A DNA stretch of 64,000 bases from contig JBDNCJ010000006.1 of NCBI GenBank assembly GCA_046719715.1, forward strand, positions 8,492 to 72,491, in the 5' to 3' direction. This stretch comes from Chloroherpetonaceae bacterium (GTDB lineage Bacteria; Bacteroidota; Chlorobiia; Chlorobiales; Thermochlorobacteraceae). A program made the position numbers and the translations under genes. The first letter of the stretch is position 1, and every line of letters starts with the position of its first letter. Under the pieces are notes generated by a model. The model saw only the letters and a program-made list of their open reading frames with translations, was not told where the DNA came from and did not search any database. Below, in pieces: positions 59,144-64,000 of the stretch.

Positions 59144-62100
59144 GTGAAACGGTTTTCACTTTTAGCGACGATTCTTCTTTTTTCATCATCGTTTTTGTTT
59201 GCTCAACCCGAGGCTTACAGCCACCCCGAACTGAATTGGAAGACCATTGAGACCGAACACTTTACGGTTAGTTTTCATGACGGCGCGGAGCGTTCAGCGC
59301 GACTTGCGGCAAAAATCGCCGAAGAAGCGTATCCCGTCATCACGTCGCTTTACAAGCACGACCCGGGCAAAGTCAACATCGTTATCAAAGACACGGACGA
59401 CTACTCCAACGGCGGCGCGTATTTCACCGAAAATAAAATTGAGATTTGGGCACCGTCGCTCGAATTTCCGTTTCGGGGTCAGCATCAGTGGCTACGCGAC
59501 GTGATTACCCACGAATACACACACATTGTAACGCTCACAGCGGCAATGAAGGTGGGCGCGTTTATGCCTGCCGCTTTTATTCAAGCCTTTGGCTACGAAC
59601 CCACACGGCGTAATGATATTCTTTACGGCTTTCCCAATCGCCTCGTCTCTTATCCGATTGCGGGCTTCAATGTTCCGTTTTGGTTGGCGGAAGGCGTGGC
59701 ACAGTATCAACGTCCCGAACTGCGCTACGATATGTGGGATAGCCATCGCGATATGATTCTGCGCAGTGATGTCTTGGCAGGAAAAATGGCGTCGCTTTCA
59801 GAGATTTCAAATCCCGTGATTCGTCCCGGCTTTGGCGGCGAACAGTGGTATAACTACGGCTTTGCGTTCACACGTTACCTTGCGATGAAATACGGCGAAC
59901 CCTCGCTCGAACGCTTGATGAAAAATTTTGCCTCACTTTCAAATTACAACGTCGACGCCGCCCTCGAAGAAACTTACAACAAACCCGCCGAAACCATTTA
60001 CGCCGAGTGGAAAGCCTATCTTGCCGCTGACTACAAAGCCCGCACCCAAGCCATTGAAGTTCAAGCCGGTAAAATTATTGAGCACGAAGGCATGAACTTT
60101 TCGCCCATCTTTTCGCCCGACGGAAAGAAGATGTATTACATCTCCAACGGCGGCGCAACCATCGGCGGCTACGGCATTTTCGTGCGAGAATCGGGAAACG
60201 ATAGTTCGTTCAAAACCGCCAGCCGACCGACCGTCAAAGACGTTTTCGTCAATCATCGCCCTTCCGAACACGGCTTGTGCAACGCGTGCGGCTATCACTT
60301 CTCCGAAAGCAAATCGCTCTTGCGCGGCGTCTCATCACGGCTTGCGACAACGGCGGACGGCTCAAAACTCCTCTACTCCAAATACTCCGGCACAAGTTGG
60401 AAAGTCCAACGCTACAACGACCTTTTCATCTACGACATCAAAAAAGACGAAGAAACCCGCCTCACCTACCAAAAGCGATTAGAAACGCCCGCACTCTCGC
60501 CCGATAACAAAACCTTCGTTGCGGTTGCGCAAAAAGACGGCACGGAAAATCTCGTTGAAGGAAACTTCACGACCGATACGCTCCGCCAGAACTTGCGCAC
60601 GCTCACGCAGTTTAAGAACGGCGAGAAAGTACTCACCCCGATTTACTCCGCCGACGGCTCAAAAATTTTCTTCGCACTCGGCTTTCGCAATCAACGCCGA
60701 TTGATGTCGCTCGATAGGACTTCGGGAGCAATCTCGCCCCTGACCGAAGCGATTGACGAAAGAAATCCTTACCTCACGATTGACGAGCGCGACCTTTCGC
60801 TCACGCCCGACGGCAAATACCTGCTTTACGCCTCAAACCCGACGGGCATTTTCAACCTTTATCGCTTGAACCTTGAAACGCGGCAATCGGAACAACTGAC
60901 CAATGTACTCACGGGCGCATTTATGCCGTCGATGAATCCATCAGGCAAAATCGCTTACGCGCATTTCACGCACACGGGCTACAAATTGGCGTTGCTCGAC
61001 ACGATTCAGCCCGTTCAAAATCCCAACGCGGTATATCGCAAAGAGCCAACGCGTCTGACCTTCGAAGGTGCAACAGCCGATGCGCCACAACTGGCTTCGC
61101 TTTCCTCACGACTTACCGATGTGCCAACAGAGCGCGATTCGCTTTACAAATCTTTAATTGAATACGACGATACCACGCTCCCGCAATACGAGGCGCGCGA
61201 ATACACGAAACTGTTTTCAACCATCAACATCGTTCCGCTTGTTCGCTTCGATGCTTATACCAAACCACAAGGCGGATTTTGGCAAGATGCTTGGCGGGCG
61301 GCAAAGTTCGGGGCGGCGTTCAACTCGTCGGAAGTGTTGGGTCAGTTTAATTTGTTCGGCGTGTTTGCTTTTGCACCGGGAAGTGGCTTCGCCGATGGCG
61401 CACAAAATCCCGTTACCAAAATTTTTGAAATGGAACGCGACGCCTATCTCTCGTTTGAATACACCGACCAAACGATTCTCCCCGCCTCGATGCTTCCGAA
61501 ATTCTCGCTCGATGTGTTTCACATCACGCGCAACGTGCCCGAAGCTGGTCAGTTAGGCGGATATAGAACCGATTTCAGTCCTGCGGATAGTGCATTTTAC
61601 AATGTCTCGTTTGCCGCCACGCAGTTTGACCTTTCGCTTCGATTCCGTATTCCGATTAACAACCTTTTCTTTCAAGCCAGCTCGTTTCGCACGACGTTCT
61701 CGCTTGGTATTTACAGTTCGAAAATCAACTCATTTTTTTGGGAGCCCGTCGGTCAAACCCTTCCGGCAAGTAGCGATAACTACTTCATCGGACGAAGCGC
61801 GTCGCTCTTTTGGAAGTTGGATTTACGCGCCCGCTCGTTCAACCAAAACATTAACCCTGTTGGATTTCTCTCGCGCGTGCGATTGGATTACGAAAACAGC
61901 AAACTGCAAACCGGAAACGAATTTGTAGAATCCAACGGCACGTTCCGACCGGTGTATGACACATTTGATTTTGTTCGCTTGACCGCCGACCTAAACTACT
62001 ACTTCCCGCTTCCGACTTGGAATCCGCGCTTTCAGCACACGCTTTCGCTTCGCACCTTTGGCGCGTTCAACTTCGGCAACGAAACGGATTTCTTCTTTCA

Positions 62101-62563
62101 CAATTTCATTTCTGGCTTAATTGGCATGCGCGGCTATGAGTTCTTCGCTATTGGCGGCGACCGTGCGGCGTTTGCTCATCTTGAATACCGCGTCCCGATT
62201 TTTACCAATCTCGATGTGCAGTTCTTCCATCTCTACTTCAATCATCTTTATTTCTCGACTTACTTCGACATCGGTGCGGCATGGGGCGCGAAAATCCCCT
62301 CGCTCAATAATTGGCGCAAAGACATCGGCTTCGAACTTCGGCTTGCCTCAAATTCTTTTTATGCCTTTCCGACCAGCATTTTCATCAGCGCAACATATGG
62401 GTTAGACCGATTCGACCAGCCGCTCCGTCGTGGCTTTGAACAACAAGGCGGACAAAATTTTGTAACCTACGGACGCGAATGGCTCTTTCACTTCGGCATG
62501 CTCTTCGACTTCGATTTTCTCGCCGACGAAACCGTTCGCGGCGCGCGCCTTCTGCTTCGTTAA
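59144..62563 (+). CDS. large exported protein: HEXXH metallopeptidase-like module + PD40/TolB-like beta-propeller repeats + Omp85-type beta-barrel
   Basis: A GTG start at 59144 gives the signal peptide VKRFSLLATILLFSSSFLFAQ. HEXXH in VITHEYTHIV. PD40-like repeats: FSPIFSPDGKKMYYIS, ALSPDNKTFVAV, IYSADGSKIFFAL, LSLTPDGKYLLYAS, MNPSGKIAYAH. The C-terminus carries the surface-antigen barrel motif GMRGYEFFAIGGDRAAFAHLEYRVPIF. Confidence 0.72.
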   Translation: MKRFSLLATILLFSSSFLFAQPEAYSHPELNWKTIETEHFTVSFHDGAERSARLAAKIAEEAYPVITSLYKHDPGKVNIVIKDTDDYSNGGAYFTENKIEIWAPSLEFPFRGQHQWLRDVITHEYTHIVTLTAAMKVGAFMPAAFIQAFGYEPTRRNDILYGFPNRLVSYPIAGFNVPFWLAEGVAQYQRPELRYDMWDSHRDMILRSDVLAGKMASLSEISNPVIRPGFGGEQWYNYGFAFTRYLAMKYGEPSLERLMKNFASLSNYNVDAALEETYNKPAETIYAEWKAYLAADYKARTQAIEVQAGKIIEHEGMNFSPIFSPDGKKMYYISNGGATIGGYGIFVRESGNDSSFKTASRPTVKDVFVNHRPSEHGLCNACGYHFSESKSLLRGVSSRLATTADGSKLLYSKYSGTSWKVQRYNDLFIYDIKKDEETRLTYQKRLETPALSPDNKTFVAVAQKDGTENLVEGNFTTDTLRQNLRTLTQFKNGEKVLTPIYSADGSKIFFALGFRNQRRLMSLDRTSGAISPLTEAIDERNPYLTIDERDLSLTPDGKYLLYASNPTGIFNLYRLNLETRQSEQLTNVLTGAFMPSMNPSGKIAYAHFTHTGYKLALLDTIQPVQNPNAVYRKEPTRLTFEGATADAPQLASLSSRLTDVPTERDSLYKSLIEYDDTTLPQYEAREYTKLFSTINIVPLVRFDAYTKPQGGFWQDAWRAAKFGAAFNSSEVLGQFNLFGVFAFAPGSGFADGAQNPVTKIFEMERDAYLSFEYTDQTILPASMLPKFSLDVFHITRNVPEAGQLGGYRTDFSPADSAFYNVSFAATQFDLSLRFRIPINNLFFQASSFRTTFSLGIYSSKINSFFWEPVGQTLPASSDNYFIGRSASLFWKLDLRARSFNQNINPVGFLSRVRLDYENSKLQTGNEFVESNGTFRPVYDTFDFVRLTADLNYYFPLPTWNPRFQHTLSLRTFGAFNFGNETDFFFHNFISGLIGMRGYEFFAIGGDRAAFAHLEYRVPIFTNLDVQFFHLYFNHLYFSTYFDIGAAWGAKIPSLNNWRKDIGFELRLASNSFYAFPTSIFISATYGLDRFDQPLRRGFEQQGGQNFVTYGREWLFHFGMLFDFDFLADETVRGARLLLR

Positions 62564-63615
62564 TGTTTAATTCCATTTCTATGAAAGCCTCTCTTCTCGC
62601 TTTGCTTCTTGCTGTTTCCCTCTTCAACGCTTACGCCGAAGACCCTAAAAACGCCTTGAAGCGCGAACGCTTGATTTCGCTCGTCTCCAACGATTCAACG
62701 CACAAGCATGCGGAAGTGGGAATCGCAGTGCTTTCTCTGAACCGTCCGCTCGTGATTGACGGGCAGTATATTGCTTACAACGATGCAGGAATGATTTCGC
62801 CTTCCATGCCGACGCGGAAACTGCGCACGCCAGTTATCGGTGCGGTTTTTTCAGCCATCGTGCCGGGCGCAGGTGAGTTTTATGCGGAAAGTTATTGGCG
62901 TTCCGCGCTTTTCTTCGCCGCCGAAGTGGCACTCTGGGCGACGGCGATTCACTATCAAAACAAAGGGCGGCAAGGTGAGCGCGATTTTGTCGCCTTTGCC
63001 GACGGGCTTGCGCCTAACGGAGCAGGTTTGGCAAATGACGGACGCGCACGCTGGGACGCCGTCCGCTTCGCAGAACGCATGTCGGAAATTTATACGACGG
63101 AACGCTTCCTCAATTCGGGGCTTGTTTCAAACGCCAACCAAATTCGGCAACTTGCCGCTGAACTCGGCACTGAACAACGCCTGAACGAAATCCGCAATCG
63201 CGACTATCGTTTCCTCAATGCTTTTGAGCGCATTGCCGTCTCCGCCGCAAACAACGCTACGCTTTCGCATACGCTTCCGCCCTACGGCGACCAACAGTAT
63301 TACGAACTCATCGGCAAATACAGCGAGTATGCGATTGGTTGGTATGATTACGACGTTTCACGAATGAACAATCGGTTTGAAATCCACTCCGCGACTTACT
63401 TGCAATACGCTTCGATGCGCGGCATGGCGAATCAAAATCTGAAAACGGCGTCGAACTTTTTCTCGCTCGTCGTGCTTAACCACGCGCTTTCCGCCGTCGA
63501 TGCGCTCGTCGCCGTCAATCAATACAACGACCGCATTCGCACTTCGCTTCAATTCCAGCAAGACGCCATGACGCAGACGATTTATCCATCAGCCTCAGTC
63601 GCCGTCTCGTTTTAG
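62563..63615 (+). CDS. hypothetical exported/membrane protein
   Basis: The ATG at 62563 overlaps the upstream stop (TAATG); ATG 62581 is an alternative start. Signal peptide MKASLLALLLAVSLFNAYA. One internal hydrophobic hairpin (VIGAVFSAIVPGAGEFYAESYWRSALFFAAEVALWATAI). Confidence 0.5.
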   Translation: MFNSISMKASLLALLLAVSLFNAYAEDPKNALKRERLISLVSNDSTHKHAEVGIAVLSLNRPLVIDGQYIAYNDAGMISPSMPTRKLRTPVIGAVFSAIVPGAGEFYAESYWRSALFFAAEVALWATAIHYQNKGRQGERDFVAFADGLAPNGAGLANDGRARWDAVRFAERMSEIYTTERFLNSGLVSNANQIRQLAAELGTEQRLNEIRNRDYRFLNAFERIAVSAANNATLSHTLPPYGDQQYYELIGKYSEYAIGWYDYDVSRMNNRFEIHSATYLQYASMRGMANQNLKTASNFFSLVVLNHALSAVDALVAVNQYNDRIRTSLQFQQDAMTQTIYPSASVAVSF

Positions 63616-63930
63616 AAGAAAAATCCAAAAGGAACAATTGAAATTGGAGCAACCCAAACTTACGCGCTACTGGATAAACTTGGCGACGAAATCGGTCAAG
63701 ACTATAATCAAAAAATAAGACTTTCTATTTTGGCGCACGGCTTTAAGCCGATTTCAAATCAAGAATATGACAAAGTGAAAGATGTTTTAGGCGGATTTAT
63801 TGAGCAATCACTCAAAAAACTTATGAATGGCAAAAAATCATTTGCAAATCAGTTTCCAACCGTCTTGAGTGGAAATCCCACCAACGCATCTTATAGCCCT
63901 CGTAAAATTCTTCGTTTAAATGTTTGGTGA
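63616..63930 (+). pseudogene. possible start-less HEPN-like gene remnant
   Basis: The frame is open from the stop at 63613-63615 to 63930. It encodes ..IRLSILAHGFKP.., an Rx5H HEPN-like motif. The only canonical in-frame start (TTG 63730) lies downstream of the motif Arg. Confidence 0.3.
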
Positions 63931-64000
63931 AGCATTAGGAAACGGCGTGCTCGAGCGAGCGGAGTTTCTTCAATGTTTTTTCCAGTTAGGGCGGGCTTCA

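Overview
64-kb chromosomal window with about 55 protein genes and one tRNA, and no rRNA, CRISPR array or obvious transposase. It probably comes from an FCB-group bacterium (Chlorobi/Ignavibacteria/Bacteroidetes-like). That guess rests on a Por/T9SS-type C-terminal sorting domain, a CarboxypepD_reg-TonB protein and overall gene content, and I cannot verify it here. Most of the window is core housekeeping: pgi, glyA, pyk, the ffh-rpsP-rimM-trmD-rplS block, mlaEFD, holA, ftsY, thiL, gap, accD, arginase, bcp and tRNA-Arg(CCT). Several small accessory or poorly understood modules are interspersed among these genes. (1) Two tandem, almost identical nucleotidyltransferase-HEPN fusion genes (36.9-38.5 kb) differ mainly in one ~76-79-nt mosaic patch. 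(2) A canonical MntA/HepT pair is translationally coupled to pgi. (3) Directly downstream lies a tightly packed array of a 4xDUF350 membrane protein, a TPR histidine kinase, a glutathionylspermidine-synthetase-like ATP-grasp ligase and a lipoprotein with an odd tail. (4) A DUF6883/DUF4926 pair sits between a GlgE-like GH13 gene and a PfkB kinase. (5) There are two Roadblock/LC7 genes without a GTPase. (6) One receiver(D->E)-coiled-coil-PAS protein is present. (7) A sigma54 activator lies upstream of a 1140-aa HEXXH + PD40 + Omp85-barrel protein. (8) A 1255-aa S8 protease/P-domain/Asp-box propeller/T9SS protein is followed by a cytosine-free 14-nt tandem repeat. (9) A start-less HEPN-like remnant lies at the right edge. 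All functional calls come from motif recognition by eye, with no database search run.
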